This document shows positions 9,485-19,929 of a DNA stretch of 64,000 bases, in pieces. The position numbers were made by a program, and so were the translations under genes. Location: IMG/VR virus record IMGVR_UViG_3300036780_000209, positions 1 through 64,000 of that record; one strand, given 5' to 3'. Below the pieces are notes generated by a model. That model was given only the letters and a program-made list of their open reading frames with translations. It did no database searches and was not told the DNA's origin. The stretch's first letter is position 1. Each line of letters begins with the position of its first letter. Source of the DNA: a virus.

Positions 9485-10419
9485 TTCTCCTCGTAGGTGG
9501 TGACGCGGCCCAGGACGCAGTCCACTGCCTCCCCGGCCCGGGCCGAGGCGCGGAAGATGAGCTTGTGGTCGTTCCTCAGCTTCGCCAGCCAGTTGCCCAG
9601 GTAGGCAGCGGAGTTGTCGAAGATCCCGTCCCCGTCGATGCCGGTCATGGCGCACAGGTAGGCGGAGGTCATCTCGGCGATCAGCTCCTCGTCGGCGTAC
9701 CGCTCGGAGCCGAAATGATCGAACCCGGCGATCCCGGCCCGGCCGAGCCGGCTCTGGTGCCCGGTGGAGTGGCCGCACTCGTGGAACTCGGTGGCATACC
9801 GGTGCGAGGGGGAGTCGAAGCCCTCCGGATGCGGGATGGTGATCATGTCTTCGCCGGGGCTGTAGCAGGCCCGGTCGCCCGCGTAGCGGAACCCCGGGGC
9901 ACCGTCCCGGTGCAGGTAGCCCATCAGGACTTCCTCCGGCTCGGGCAGCAATCCGTTGCCGCCCCGGTCCTCTGCTGAGGGGTAGCACCAGTCCGGCAGC
10001 CCGTCCGCCTGCTCGGCATTGAAGACGGCATGCCAGCGCATGACCGGGATCCTGCGGGTCACCTTGTCGCCGGTCTTCTCGTCGATCTCGGTCCTGGGGT
10101 AGGTCTTCGACAAGATGATGCCGGTGCTGCCGAGCCCGTTCTTGTGGCTCTGGCCCTCGCGGACCTTGCCGCCGAGGTCGATGATGGCCTTGTAGGTGCC
10201 CCACCAGGGGGACCGGTAGCCGCGCTCCAGGGCGGTGAGCCCGAGCAGCCAGACATTGACGCCCCGGTAGGGCCTCTTCGAGGAGAGCGAGCACGGGAAC
10301 CCGGCGGCCCCGCTTCCCTGCCACGGCTTGTGCCAGGGGACGACCCCGCGCTCCAGGGCCGCTATCATCTTCGCGGTGACCTGATCCCGGATCGCCTGCT
10401 GGCCTTCCTGCGTCGCCAT
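9481..10419 (-). CDS. ardC: ArdC-family antirestriction ssDNA-binding protein with zincin-like metallopeptidase domain
   Basis: PWHKPW, YRGVN, WGTYK, VFNAEQ, HECGHSTGH and YADEELIAE motifs; AGGAGG RBS. Confidence 0.92.
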   Translation of the reverse strand: MATQEGQQAIRDQVTAKMIAALERGVVPWHKPWQGSGAAGFPCSLSSKRPYRGVNVWLLGLTALERGYRSPWWGTYKAIIDLGGKVREGQSHKNGLGSTGIILSKTYPRTEIDEKTGDKVTRRIPVMRWHAVFNAEQADGLPDWCYPSAEDRGGNGLLPEPEEVLMGYLHRDGAPGFRYAGDRACYSPGEDMITIPHPEGFDSPSHRYATEFHECGHSTGHQSRLGRAGIAGFDHFGSERYADEELIAEMTSAYLCAMTGIDGDGIFDNSAAYLGNWLAKLRNDHKLIFRASARAGEAVDCVLGRVTTYEEK

Positions 10420-10509
10420 CTGTCCTCCTGTGGTCGTCCTTGTATAAGTAAACCTTATCAAGCATCCTTGTATTAGTCAACGGGATCGGGCTCGCAGTAC
10501 GCTCTCCGC

Positions 10510-11331
10510 ATGACTGGAGAGCCAACGAGGATCATCGCCTGCGGGGACTGGCACGGGCATACCGCCTGGGCGGAGAACGTGATCAGGCGCGGGCCGGAAT
10601 TCTTCCTGCCGGGCGAGCGGAGAATCTTCCTGCACCTCGGAGACTTCGGGATCTGGCCCGGGGACGAGCCATACCTGGCCGCGCTGTCGGCCGCCCTGGC
10701 GGAGACGGATGCCGAGCTGTGGTTCATCGACGGGAACCACGAGCAGTTCCCGAAGCTGACCCTCGCCATGGAGGGCTGGGACGGCAGCGGGCCGCTGGAA
10801 TACCGCGAGCGGATCTTCTACCTGCCCCGTGGATTCCGCTGGGCCTGGCACGGCCGGTCCTGGCTGGCACTCGGGGGAGCGGCCTCGGTGGACCGCCGGG
10901 GGCTCGTGCGGCGCTGGACTAACCAGTTCGAGCCGTCAATGGTGCCTAACCGCACCGCCGGAGTGGACTGGTGGCCCGAGGAGAGGATCACCCGCGAGCA
11001 GGCAAACGCGGTCATCGCGGCCGGGCCGGCCGACGTGATGGTGACTCATGACTGCCCGTCTGAGGTAGTGCACGCCTTCCCGGACCGGCCGCGCTGGTGG
11101 AGCGACCAGGACCTCAAGGAGTCCGACGAGCACCGCGAGCTGCTGCAGGAGGTCGTCGATGCCGTGCGGCCCTCGCACCTGATGCACGGGCACCTTCACA
11201 TGCTTTACGCCCGGCCGGTGAAGTTCAGCTACGGGACCTGTGAAGTCACCGGGCTGGACTGCAACGGCAAGGACGGCAACTGGGTCCCCCTCGACATCAC
11301 GAAGATGGAATGGCTGCCTGAGCTTGTGTAA
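10510..11331 (+). CDS. Calcineurin-like metallophosphoesterase
   Basis: GDWHG, HLGDFG, DGNHE, THD and HGHLH motifs. Confidence 0.9.
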   Translation: MTGEPTRIIACGDWHGHTAWAENVIRRGPEFFLPGERRIFLHLGDFGIWPGDEPYLAALSAALAETDAELWFIDGNHEQFPKLTLAMEGWDGSGPLEYRERIFYLPRGFRWAWHGRSWLALGGAASVDRRGLVRRWTNQFEPSMVPNRTAGVDWWPEERITREQANAVIAAGPADVMVTHDCPSEVVHAFPDRPRWWSDQDLKESDEHRELLQEVVDAVRPSHLMHGHLHMLYARPVKFSYGTCEVTGLDCNGKDGNWVPLDITKMEWLPELV

Positions 11332-11587
11332 GCTCTTCCCGGATCTGAGCGACGACCTTCCGCTGCTCGGCCCGCTTGCGCTTGCGGACCCGGTAACGCT
11401 GGCTGGTGCAGCACCGGGGGTCGTCGCACCAGCCGAGCCGGTACCGGCCGAGCATCCTCACTGAGTTCCTCCCGCACTTCGGCGGCTACCTGGCGCTCCT
11501 CGATGCGCTTATGCCGCCGCGTGTCGTTATGGCCGCCTCCGCAGTCCCGGCAGTGACATGGCCCGTACGTGAACCGGCCTGCCATCC

Positions 11588-11923
11588 TCACCGGACGGCC
11601 GGGCAGAAATTGCAGTGCCAGACCCTCGCGATCTTGTCGAAGGTCATGACATGCTTGCCCTGCTTGCACAGTTCGGCCTGGCCTTCCCGGACACGGCACT
11701 TCGCATGACGGGCCGGCCAGGCGTCGGCTGCGCTCATGTCGCAGGTGACGCGCAGCTCCAGGCAGGTGCAGGTGAGGATCCACTGCTCGGCCCAGCGCGT
11801 GACCCCGTAGGTGCCGCGCTGGGCATTGACGCGGTTCAGGATCTTCTTCTCGACCTCCCGCCGGGGCGGGATCCGGGGATCGTACTCGTAGATGCTGCGC
11901 TCAGCCGCCGCTGCCTTCGCCAT
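11588..11923 (-). CDS. Hypothetical protein with Cys/His motifs
   Basis: Coupled to neighbouring ORFs; CTC and WHCNFC. Confidence 0.55.
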   Translation of the reverse strand: MAKAAAAERSIYEYDPRIPPRREVEKKILNRVNAQRGTYGVTRWAEQWILTCTCLELRVTCDMSAADAWPARHAKCRVREGQAELCKQGKHVMTFDKIARVWHCNFCPAVR

Positions 11924-12164
11924 CAGGCCGCTCCACCTCGTAGAGACTCACATCGACCTCTGCCTGGAAGATCTTGCCGTCAGACTTGCGCTCCAGGTAC
12001 AGCTCGTCCTGTCCGTCAGCCAGCTTGTCGTACAGCTTGTCGTCTGGCAAGGAGTAGATCTCTCCCTGAACCTCGATCTTGCTGCCGCTGCGCTGCAGCC
12101 AGTCGCACAGGTCCGAGTAGGCCCGGTTGGACAGGTCGGCTTCGGCATCAAGCCTGCTCGTCAT
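11901..12164 (-). CDS. Hypothetical acidic protein
   Basis: AGGAG RBS and phage-like codon bias. Confidence 0.6.
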   Translation of the reverse strand: MTSRLDAEADLSNRAYSDLCDWLQRSGSKIEVQGEIYSLPDDKLYDKLADGQDELYLERKSDGKIFQAEVDVSLYEVERPDGEGSGG

Positions 12165-12639
12165 CTGGTTCTCCTTGATAGGGGGCCGGGATCCTGTCCA
12201 GGAACAGCCGCTCGGCGGGGGTCAGGGTCAGGCACATCTTGCAGCGGCAGCGGTCACCGTGCAAGCGGAGCCGGGCCAGCAGTTCCTGGGCGAGAAGCTG
12301 GCCGTGGTACTCGGGCTCGGTCACCAGCCGGTACCGGACGGTGCCGCCGTTCAGGGTCAGCTCGATGATCCGGGTGCCCTCCGGTGCGCAGAAGTCGCAT
12401 CCCTCGCAGGAGCTTCCCTTCTCGGTATTGCAGGGCCGGTGCATGAGCTGGAGGTTGCTGAACCTGTTAGTGCCGCCGTGGGCCCGGGGGCGCTTGTGAT
12501 CGACCGTGGCCTTCTCGGCCGTGATTCCCTCCACCTGCTCGTACGCGATGGGCTGCCAGCACCACGGGCACAGCCCGGCCTGCTGCCTCCAGAGCCTCCG
12601 CTTGGTTTCCGGGCTCACTGCCTTCGCGTTCCTCGTCAT
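12148..12639 (-). CDS. HNH endonuclease (McrA-like)
   Basis: CPWC...TVDHKRPRAHGGTNRFSNLQLMHRPCNTEKG; TATGAT-6nt-ATG leaderless start. Confidence 0.85.
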   Translation of the reverse strand: MTRNAKAVSPETKRRLWRQQAGLCPWCWQPIAYEQVEGITAEKATVDHKRPRAHGGTNRFSNLQLMHRPCNTEKGSSCEGCDFCAPEGTRIIELTLNGGTVRYRLVTEPEYHGQLLAQELLARLRLHGDRCRCKMCLTLTPAERLFLDRIPAPYQGEPDDEQA

Positions 12640-12677
12640 CTGGTGATCATACAAGGAACCTTGGTACAATTCCGATC

Positions 12678-13046
12678 ATGAAGCTGAACTTCGACTTCGA
12701 TCAGGTCCGGGTAGTCTTCACGGGTAACCGCAAAGGCAACCCCCGTGTCTACCTGGAGGTACTCGGCGAGCGCGTGCTCTACACCGACCCGTGGGAGATG
12801 AGCCGGGACGACCCCTGGTTCGCGCATTACGTGACGACCACCGGAGTTGGCGGGCCGCCCTTCACTCATTACGAGCATGAGGTGAACACCGAAGAGCTGG
12901 CGCATCTGTTCCGCATGCGCCTGGCTCATAAGATGCGCGACTGGCTCCTCGAAGATCCGCAGGTCGCGGCCGTCTGGAGTACGACCACCGACCGGGAGAT
13001 CTCACATACGCCGCCGAGGATCGAGGTAGTGGATCAATGGGACTGA
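12678..13046 (+). CDS. Hypothetical protein
   Basis: TACAAT-7nt-ATG leaderless start. Confidence 0.65.
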   Translation: MKLNFDFDQVRVVFTGNRKGNPRVYLEVLGERVLYTDPWEMSRDDPWFAHYVTTTGVGGPPFTHYEHEVNTEELAHLFRMRLAHKMRDWLLEDPQVAAVWSTTTDREISHTPPRIEVVDQWD

Positions 13047-13624
13047 CCTGCAAGGGCGGATGCGGCACCGAGATACCCGAAATCGGCCTGAGCCTGCGGG
13101 AGCGGGACGGGGACATCATCATGGACCTGTGGCCCGAGAAGGGCGATGACGGCCCCTGGTGCGGGGATTGCGCCGAGAAGGAGGGCCAGCGCCGGGTCGA
13201 TGAGCTGGACGTCGCCGATCTTGCGGCCGAGGCCCTCAGGGGCGTCAAGCAGGTGATCGTGATCCGGCAGGACCTCGGGATGCGCCGGGGCAAGGAGATC
13301 GCCCAGGGCGCTCACGCCGCCATGGCCTGGCTGAGCAAGCGCATTCGGGAGACTTTCCGCGAGTGCAGCGCCTGGGTGGATTTCTCCCCTGCCGAGGCGC
13401 AGTGGATCGGCGGCAGCTTCAAGAAGGTCACCTGCCGCGTGAACTCCGAGGAGGAACTGCTCGCCGTCGCTGCCAGGGCTCGGGAGGCCGGGCTCCAGGT
13501 GGAGGAGATCACCGACTCCGGGGAGACCGAGTTCCACGGGGTGCCGACACTGACCTGCATCGCGGTCGGCCCGGACTATGAGGACAGGTTCACCGGGGTG
13601 ACGGACGGGCTGAGGCTGTACTAG
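13037..13624 (+). CDS. pth2: Peptidyl-tRNA hydrolase, Pth2 family, with N-terminal zinc-ribbon extension
   Basis: KQVIVIRQDLGMRRGKEIAQGAHA, KKVTCRV, DSGETEF and TCIAVGP motifs. Confidence 0.9.
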   Translation: MGLTCKGGCGTEIPEIGLSLRERDGDIIMDLWPEKGDDGPWCGDCAEKEGQRRVDELDVADLAAEALRGVKQVIVIRQDLGMRRGKEIAQGAHAAMAWLSKRIRETFRECSAWVDFSPAEAQWIGGSFKKVTCRVNSEEELLAVAARAREAGLQVEEITDSGETEFHGVPTLTCIAVGPDYEDRFTGVTDGLRLY

Positions 13625-13661
13625 GCGGCGGGGTGCGCGGCCGTCCAGGCTGACGGGATCT

Positions 13662-14124
13662 TCACACCGGCACGTAGTTTACGGACCACGACCAGTCCGG
13701 GGTGCCCGGGCGGGCCAGCAGGCCGAGCCCGGACCCGTCCGGCAGGACCAGCCAGGCCCAGGTGCCCGGGAGCGTGCCGGCCCGCGCCAGCAGGTCATCC
13801 CGGATGCCCTGGTCGTCGGTGATCGCGATCATCGCCGCGTAGGCATCATGCTGGCTCAGGTTCTCCTGGAGCGCCATCGCCGCCTCCTCCCGACTTGGTG
13901 AGCTTGCTTTCCCAGCCCTCGTCCCAGGCCCGGCGCAGCAGGCGGCGGGCCTCCCGGTGCTGCCTCAGGCGCTCCCGCAGGGACCGCCCGTCAGCCAGGG
14001 CGATCCTGCTCCAAGAATACCTGGTCTCGCACTCGATGCAGACGGCCGTGAACCTGTCCCGGACCGGGTCGAGGAAGATCATGAACAGCCCGTCCGGGCA
14101 GCAGTCGAACTCGATCTCGCTCAT
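13662..14124 (-). CDS. Two small overlapping hypothetical proteins (13846-14124, 13662-13877)
   Basis: ATGA coupling and GGAGG RBS. Confidence 0.5.
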
Positions 14125-14498
14125 GCCCGCTCCCGGGAGCGGATGTCATTCAGCTCGGTGAGGGCCTGCCGCCAGGACTCGAACCGGATTCCCCGGTCAT
14201 CGATGTAGGCGACGGCCGCGAGCTTGCGGTTAGTCACCAGGATCACGCCCTGGCGGTTCCAGAACTGCCCCGGGTGGCACTCGTCGCTGTAGGCGGTGAA
14301 CCCGTGGCCCCGGAGCCATGCTGCCACCTCAGCGGGATCGCGGGTGGTGAAGACGAAGACGGCATATTCCGCCATCAGCTCGCGCAGGCCGGCGAAGGCC
14401 CCGGGGACGGGATCGTCGTAGATGGTGCCGTCATGCCAGCCCCTGCGGTACCCGTGGATGACCTTGTCGAAGTCCACCCCGACGGCGGGAACCATCAT
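14121..14498 (-). CDS. HAD-superfamily phosphatase
   Basis: VGVDFDKVIH, FTTR, K and YIDDR motifs. Confidence 0.85.
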   Translation of the reverse strand: MMVPAVGVDFDKVIHGYRRGWHDGTIYDDPVPGAFAGLRELMAEYAVFVFTTRDPAEVAAWLRGHGFTAYSDECHPGQFWNRQGVILVTNRKLAAVAYIDDRGIRFESWRQALTELNDIRSRERA

Positions 14499-14534
14499 CC
14501 GGTGATGCTATCAGGGTTCCTTGCAGGAAAATGG

Positions 14535-14738
14535 TCAGACGGAGGCGGGCGGGTCGATCTTGCTGAGCAGGGCGCGGATCTCCGACTCCCGGTAACGGCG
14601 GTGGCCGCCGAGCGTGCGGATGGAGATCAGCTTGCCGGCCTTGGCCCAGCGGGTGACCGTCTTGGGGTCAACCCGGAAGGCGGTAGCGACCTCGGCGGGG
14701 GTAAGCAGGGGTTCCGGCTCGGTACGGGTAGCGGGCAC
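14535..14738 (-). CDS. bldC: BldC-family (MerR-like wHTH) transcriptional regulator
   Basis: EPLLTPAEVATAFRVDPKTVTRWAKAGKLISIRTLGGHRRYRESEIRALL is nearly the Streptomyces BldC core; AAGGAG + GTG at 14738. Confidence 0.93.
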   Translation of the reverse strand: MPATRTEPEPLLTPAEVATAFRVDPKTVTRWAKAGKLISIRTLGGHRRYRESEIRALLSKIDPPASV

Positions 14739-14822
14739 TGCGATCTCCTTGACGGACGGAAACGAGAATGCGGATGATGATAATGAGGAATTTACCCTCA
14801 TGCAACTGGCACGGCGGATTAG

Positions 14823-15506
14823 TCAGGCCGCGTGGCCGGAATTCCTGGCTATCCATTCCGTGTAATACGGAGGAATGGCCTCCGCCAGTTCCTCACGGTT
14901 CGTCCAGGTTATCTCCATGATCTCCCTCGCATGGGAGACCGGGGCGATATGACCCGCCACCGACATGATTGTGCCGGGCACCCAGTGACCCGCCCGGCTG
15001 GCCGGGACCAGGTGCGGAAGGTGACCCGGCTGGCTGAGGGGGAAGCTGGTCTCGAAGTGCCGGTGCCGGTACAGCTCGCGGCCGAACATGTGACCGCAGA
15101 GCATGACCGGGTTCACCAGGGGAGCCTCGGGCACGTTCTCGATCACGTACGGGATGCCGTGCACTCCGTGCAGCTCCCGGAGCAGCGGCCGGGCCGGAGT
15201 GATCAGGTCCGGGTACTTCTCGCGGAGCCCGGGCCGGCAGCGGGCCTGGCGGCTCCACCGCTGGCACGGGGCGCTGACGTGGATCAGGTCGATCTCACGG
15301 GCATATGCCCCGACGGGGTGCCCGGAGACAAGGGTCCGGAGCACTTCCAGGGCGTCGGCCCGGATGAACTCGTAGGGGAAGTTCCGCTGGGGAGCTATGT
15401 CCACGCCGATGACATCGAATCCGGCGTCATGGTAGCCCTTGGCGGCCCCGCCCGCTCCGCTGCAGAGATCGAGCACGAGCGGGCGGGAGCACCGTGGCAG
15501 GCTCAC
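14823..15506 (-). CDS. DNA (cytosine-5)-methyltransferase, phage type
   Basis: LDLCSGAGG, APCQ, ENV and RHRHFE motifs. Confidence 0.88.
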   Translation of the reverse strand: MSLPRCSRPLVLDLCSGAGGAAKGYHDAGFDVIGVDIAPQRNFPYEFIRADALEVLRTLVSGHPVGAYAREIDLIHVSAPCQRWSRQARCRPGLREKYPDLITPARPLLRELHGVHGIPYVIENVPEAPLVNPVMLCGHMFGRELYRHRHFETSFPLSQPGHLPHLVPASRAGHWVPGTIMSVAGHIAPVSHAREIMEITWTNREELAEAIPPYYTEWIARNSGHAA

Positions 15507-15945
15507 AGGCGGCCTTTCCGGCACACCGCCTCGACCTCCGCAGCCAGCCATTCCAGCGACGTGCGCTCCCTGAGAGGCTGAACCTGGTAACTCATGCCCC
15601 CGGTGCTCGTCGAACCCGAGAATACGTACGGATCGCTGAACCCGTAGCTGAGGTTACTGCCGCCGCTGCCGATGACGGAGTAGGTAAGCGACCGGATCGG
15701 ATAGGGTTCCTGGCTCACTGGCTCGAATCCGTCCGCGTAGTAGAGGCCGTTGACGCTGGCCACGCTATTCCTCGAACAGCAGCATCGCAATCAGGGCGTG
15801 AGTCGCAGCCAGGAGGGAGGACGCCTGGGCCTGCGCGGCCCAGGCCTCCTTGTTCGTGACCCCCCGCTGGTACGGGGGTACCGCGTCCAGGATGTCCTCC
15901 GCCGAGACCAGGTGCTCGGCAGGCGAATGGCGCGGCCCGGCGGGC

Positions 15946-16452
15946 TCAGTCATCGTCACCCTGCCTGGCGGAGACGGAACCCCCGGCCTTGACCTCGACC
16001 ACGGGAACCCGGTTCAGGACGGCCTTGATCAGGTTCTCCAGGCGGCCGATCTCGGCCTGCATGAAGTCGCGCTGGAACTTCACTTCCTCCGCGAACCGGT
16101 TCTTGTCAGCCGTCAGGTTCTCCTCGCGAACCTCCAGCTTCGCCTGCTGGGCGGCGAGGTCAGCCTGCTTCTTGGCATTGGCCTGGTCCTGATCTACCTG
16201 CCTGCGGAGCAGCCCGGTCTGGTGCTCGGTCTCGCGGACCTTGCGGTCATTGGCCTCGACCAGGCGGTCCTTCTCCAGCTTGAGCTTCTCGACCAGGGTT
16301 TCCTGGTCACGCAGGGACTTGGTCAGGTCGCGCTGACGGGTCAGGACGGAGATCTCGCTGCGCAGTTCCCTGACCGCGTCGGTCAGGCTGGCGAGCTGCT
16401 GCTCCTCCCGGGAGATCCTTGCGCCTTTCCTCGGAGAATCCATGACACCCAT
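15946..16452 (-). CDS. Coiled-coil hypothetical protein
   Basis: Long heptad helix; RBS GAGGGA. Confidence 0.65.
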   Translation of the reverse strand: MGVMDSPRKGARISREEQQLASLTDAVRELRSEISVLTRQRDLTKSLRDQETLVEKLKLEKDRLVEANDRKVRETEHQTGLLRRQVDQDQANAKKQADLAAQQAKLEVREENLTADKNRFAEEVKFQRDFMQAEIGRLENLIKAVLNRVPVVEVKAGGSVSARQGDDD

Positions 16453-16735
16453 GTACGTTTTCCCTCGGGTCGCGGGGGGCGACGCACCGAGCCTACGGGC
16501 TCTGCAAGAGAGCTTGCAACCGGCTCGTCCTCATAGCGCCACGGCCGCTCGGACCGGTCCAGCTCCCGCGCCGCTGAGAAGCCCGTGGAAGCCCTCAGGT
16601 GCTCGCACAGCTCGTCGTCCAGGTAGAACTTCCGGAAGCGGCCGTAGAGGTTCCTGCGGCCGTCGGGAAGGTACTCCGGCCCGGCGCAGGAGCCTTCCTC
16701 GCACATGGTGACGAAGTCGGCGCAGTTCAGGCACA

Positions 16736-17760
16736 TCACTGCATCCCGAAGAGCATCGTGCGCAGGTGCGCGAGGACGTGAGCGGGCGGGCGGCCGGGGA
16801 GCATGTTCCCCGGCGGAGCCCAGGTCAGGGAGCACGGGCAGCACGGGCAGACGATGACCGCGCCGTCCATGGGGGTCGCGCCGGTCATCACCATGACATG
16901 CCAGACCATCCGGTGGCCGCACTGGCCGCAGGAAGCGGCCTCGATCTCGGGGTCGGTCTCAGCCGGAGGACTGACGGCCGAGACCCCGGGCAGCCTGAAC
17001 GGCACGAAGCGATCCCACATGATCATCTATTGTGCCCTGATCATCAGGGCGATGATCCTAGCCCGCTCCGTCTCCTGGCCTTCTTTCCGGCCACGGGCGA
17101 ACGCAGCCCGGACGCGCCGCTCCAGGTCATCGTCGCCGGCCAGCATGGTCTCGGCCGCGACGAACTCGGTCTCGCCGCCCTGCCATCCCTCCAGGTTCCG
17201 CAGTGCGGTCGCTGCCTCCCCGGGGAGGTCGCCGTCGGTCCAGAGCGCCCCGGGGTAGCCCTCGTGCCAGTAGCCGAGCACCAGCCACGCGCCGCCGGGC
17301 AGGTGCCTGGCCCGCAGCAGGACCGGACCCTCGACGGGGACCTCGGGCTCCCACTCGAACACGACGCCCTGGGGCTCGATCGCGTGCCAGATCAGCGTGC
17401 CGTCCAGGCGGACGAGCTGCTTCTCGTGCATCAGGAACGACGGCAGCTCCGACGGCGGGCGGATGTCCGGGAACGGGTCTCCCTGGAACGGGTACCCGCT
17501 CCCTGGCTGGCAGCCTTCCATCTCCAGCTCGAAGTCGCCCGGCTCGCGCATCAGAGCCGGATCCCGGGCCAGATGGACGGCACGTCGAAGTCGAACTTCG
17601 CCATGACCAGGATCTCTTCCTGCAGGATCGGGCTCTCGTGGATGGGGAAGTCATCCGGGGCCTCGGTGACGCGGCGGGCATGGCTCATCCGGCCGGGCGG
17701 GCAGTAGATCCGGTCCACCTGGTGCCAGGGCATGTCGGTGCCGCCTACGAAGGCGCTCAT
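16736..17760 (-). CDS. Three coupled hypothetical proteins (17551-17760, 17027-17551, 16736-17026)
   Basis: Stop/start abutment and GC3 bias; the last has CxxCGH...CxxCxC. Confidence 0.55.
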
Positions 17761-18014
17761 GAAAGGGATACTCCTCGGGGCGCGAGGGCGAAAACAACCA
17801 TCATTGTAATGCCCCCGCGCCCCGGGTGTCTATCCTTCCAGGTCCCGCAGTTCCTCGCGGAGCTTCGCGACCTCGATCTTGCGGCGCAGCTCATGCGGCT
17901 CCATCGCCACGCCCATGTCGTGAACCCAGGAGGCGATCACGATGACGGCGAGGACCAGCAGCACAGGGCCGCCGATGCACAGCCAGAACCAGTGCCAGTG
18001 CGAGGTGAACCAGG

Positions 18015-19064
18015 TCACCGGAGGATCAGCACCTCGGTGCCGCCGATCAGCTTGCGGTTGTGGCTGGTGGACTGGATGAACACGTCCAGGCCGCCGATGG
18101 CCGGGCGGACCCGGGACTTGCCCGGGGACCCGGCCGGGGCCAGCGGGGGCAAGCCGAGACGCACCCGCAGGTCCGGGTGCAAGTACATGCTGCCGTTCTT
18201 GTCGCGCACCGCGACCTGCTTGTAGTCCTGGACGGTCTCGGGCTTGGTCAGCCGGTAGTAGACGCTGCCCGGGATGTACCGGCCCGCATGGCTGGCCGCG
18301 AACACGTCAATCCGCATGTCCTCGGCCGCGCTGGGGAGCTTGCCCCCATGTTCCACGTACGAGCCCCGGGTCAGCGGGACGAGCCCTGCGAGGTCGCCCT
18401 CGGAGAGGGCCTTGACGCGGAACAGCGAGCCCCGGATCGAGGTCTCGCCACGGGCGCGGGCCTGGAACATGGCCTCGGTGGCCTGGCGGAAGTGACCGCC
18501 CATCTCCTCGGCGGCGTGGGAGCCGGACGAGTTCCAGATCTTGATGCTCTCCCCGGGGAAGCCGTGCCTCTTGGCCTCGTTGCTGGCGCTCTTGTCCGGG
18601 ACGAGCAGGCCCACGTCCCAGTTAGAGTCAAGGTCCGCGATGGCCTTCGGAAGCCTGTCGGGATAGTAGCGGGCAACGGAGTCGTTCTCCTCGCCGTCAG
18701 ATGCTCCGCACAGGAAGAACGTGTGCTTGCCATGGCGTTGCGAGGTGGTCTTCATGTCGTCGATTGCCTGCAGGAAGGCATCGATCAGGGCCGTGTTCCC
18801 GCTGGGGCGGTAATGGCCGGCGATGCTCGGGATGCGGAGCACGTCCGTGTCCCAGATCAGGCATTCCATCAGCCCGTGGCTGGAGAAGGTCCAGATGGTG
18901 ATCCGGGTCTCCTGGTCCATTTCCTGGCTGCGCTTGGCCGTCCAGGAGATCTCGCCGTCCACGACCTTGACGACGGTCTCCTTGTGCGCATCCATGGACC
19001 AGGACTTGTCCAGGATCCACCCGATGTGGTTTGTGATCTTGTTAGTCGCGAGCGATGTCTGCAT
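18015..19064 (-). CDS. vWA-domain protein
   Basis: ILDKSWSM (MIDAS DxSxS), TALIDA and SDGEEN motifs; AGGAG RBS. Confidence 0.85.
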   Translation of the reverse strand: MQTSLATNKITNHIGWILDKSWSMDAHKETVVKVVDGEISWTAKRSQEMDQETRITIWTFSSHGLMECLIWDTDVLRIPSIAGHYRPSGNTALIDAFLQAIDDMKTTSQRHGKHTFFLCGASDGEENDSVARYYPDRLPKAIADLDSNWDVGLLVPDKSASNEAKRHGFPGESIKIWNSSGSHAAEEMGGHFRQATEAMFQARARGETSIRGSLFRVKALSEGDLAGLVPLTRGSYVEHGGKLPSAAEDMRIDVFAASHAGRYIPGSVYYRLTKPETVQDYKQVAVRDKNGSMYLHPDLRVRLGLPPLAPAGSPGKSRVRPAIGGLDVFIQSTSHNRKLIGGTEVLILR

Positions 19065-19119
19065 AGCGGCTCCTCGTGCCATTGATTGCAAGGGGGACTG
19101 TAGCGGCTCCTGCCGACAG

Positions 19120-19611
19120 TCAGGCGCGCTCGGCCGCGAGGTCGGGCTGGCGGCTCTTTCGGGGAACGCGCATGGCCAGGATCCCGGCCTCCGCCAGCAG
19201 GTCGCAGACATCCTGGCGGTCATCGTAGAAGACAGAGACCCCCAGTGCCCGGCAGGCGTTCAGCTTGAGTTCGGGGGCCTGGAAGGAGGCCGTGAAGATG
19301 ACCTCGTGCACGGGAACAAGCCGGGAGAACCCGGCGCTGCGCGCCTCGGCCTCGATGGTGCCGCGCCGGCGCGGGCCGATCGCGGAGATGATGAGGACCT
19401 TGTCCCCGCATATCAGGTGAGCGCGGGCCAGGCGCAGGAAGTAGGCGTGGTGACTGGCGACGTTCCACCAGTCGATGCCGATGGTCAGGGGCGGAGAGGC
19501 CGGGTAGAAGCCGGACCCGGGGCAGGCATTCCCGGCCGGGCCGTGCCCCCGGATCCGTCCGTCCTCGCGCAGCGTGATGTCCCGCCCGCAGCCGGAGCAG
19601 GTGGCTCTCAC
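19120..19611 (-). CDS. Zinc ribbon + HAD-like protein
   Basis: CSGC...H...CPGSG, IGID and FYDDR; GTGA overlap with the upstream microgene. Confidence 0.6.
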   Translation of the reverse strand: MRATCSGCGRDITLREDGRIRGHGPAGNACPGSGFYPASPPLTIGIDWWNVASHHAYFLRLARAHLICGDKVLIISAIGPRRRGTIEAEARSAGFSRLVPVHEVIFTASFQAPELKLNACRALGVSVFYDDRQDVCDLLAEAGILAMRVPRKSRQPDLAAERA

Positions 19612-19715
19612 GAGCAGCCCACGTGGCATCCGTAGGCATGGCGGTGGCAGTGATGCTTGTCCTTGTGGCTCCCGCAGTCACTGCAGAGGCAGAAGCACCC
19701 GGAGCAGTAAGCCAT
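19608..19715 (-). CDS. Cys/His-rich microprotein, family A
   Basis: GAGGAG RBS; MAYCSGCFCLCSDCGSHKDKHHCHRHAYGCHVGCS; stop overlaps the next start. Confidence 0.8.
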   Translation of the reverse strand: MAYCSGCFCLCSDCGSHKDKHHCHRHAYGCHVGCS

Positions 19716-19929
19716 TTTTCTCCTCAGGGGGGAAACGAGCCGGCCGGCGTCCGCCTGGACGCCGGCCGGTGAGCCTCAGGTGCCCTCGCCTCCCTCGCGG
19801 GCGGCAGGACTGCCTTCTGCTCGTCGTCGGTCAGGTGCGACAGGGCCTCCCCGAGGGTCGGAGCGCGCACCGTTGACGAGTCGCACTGGCAGTTACGATA
19901 TCTGATGCAAGGAAGTCTGTAAAGCCCTT

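Noticed and set aside
14535-14738. BldC-like protein as an excisionase marking a prophage boundary
   Set aside because: No integrase or att-like repeat nearby, phage genes continue on both sides, and the sequence matches BldC specifically.
19720-19900. Possible structured ncRNA (GTGCGAC/GTCGCAC pairing and hairpin at 19740-19769)
   Set aside because: Short GC-rich stems are expected by chance, and a plausible small ORF (..APTLGEALSHLTDDEQKAVL..) covers the same stretch. No recognisable RNA family.
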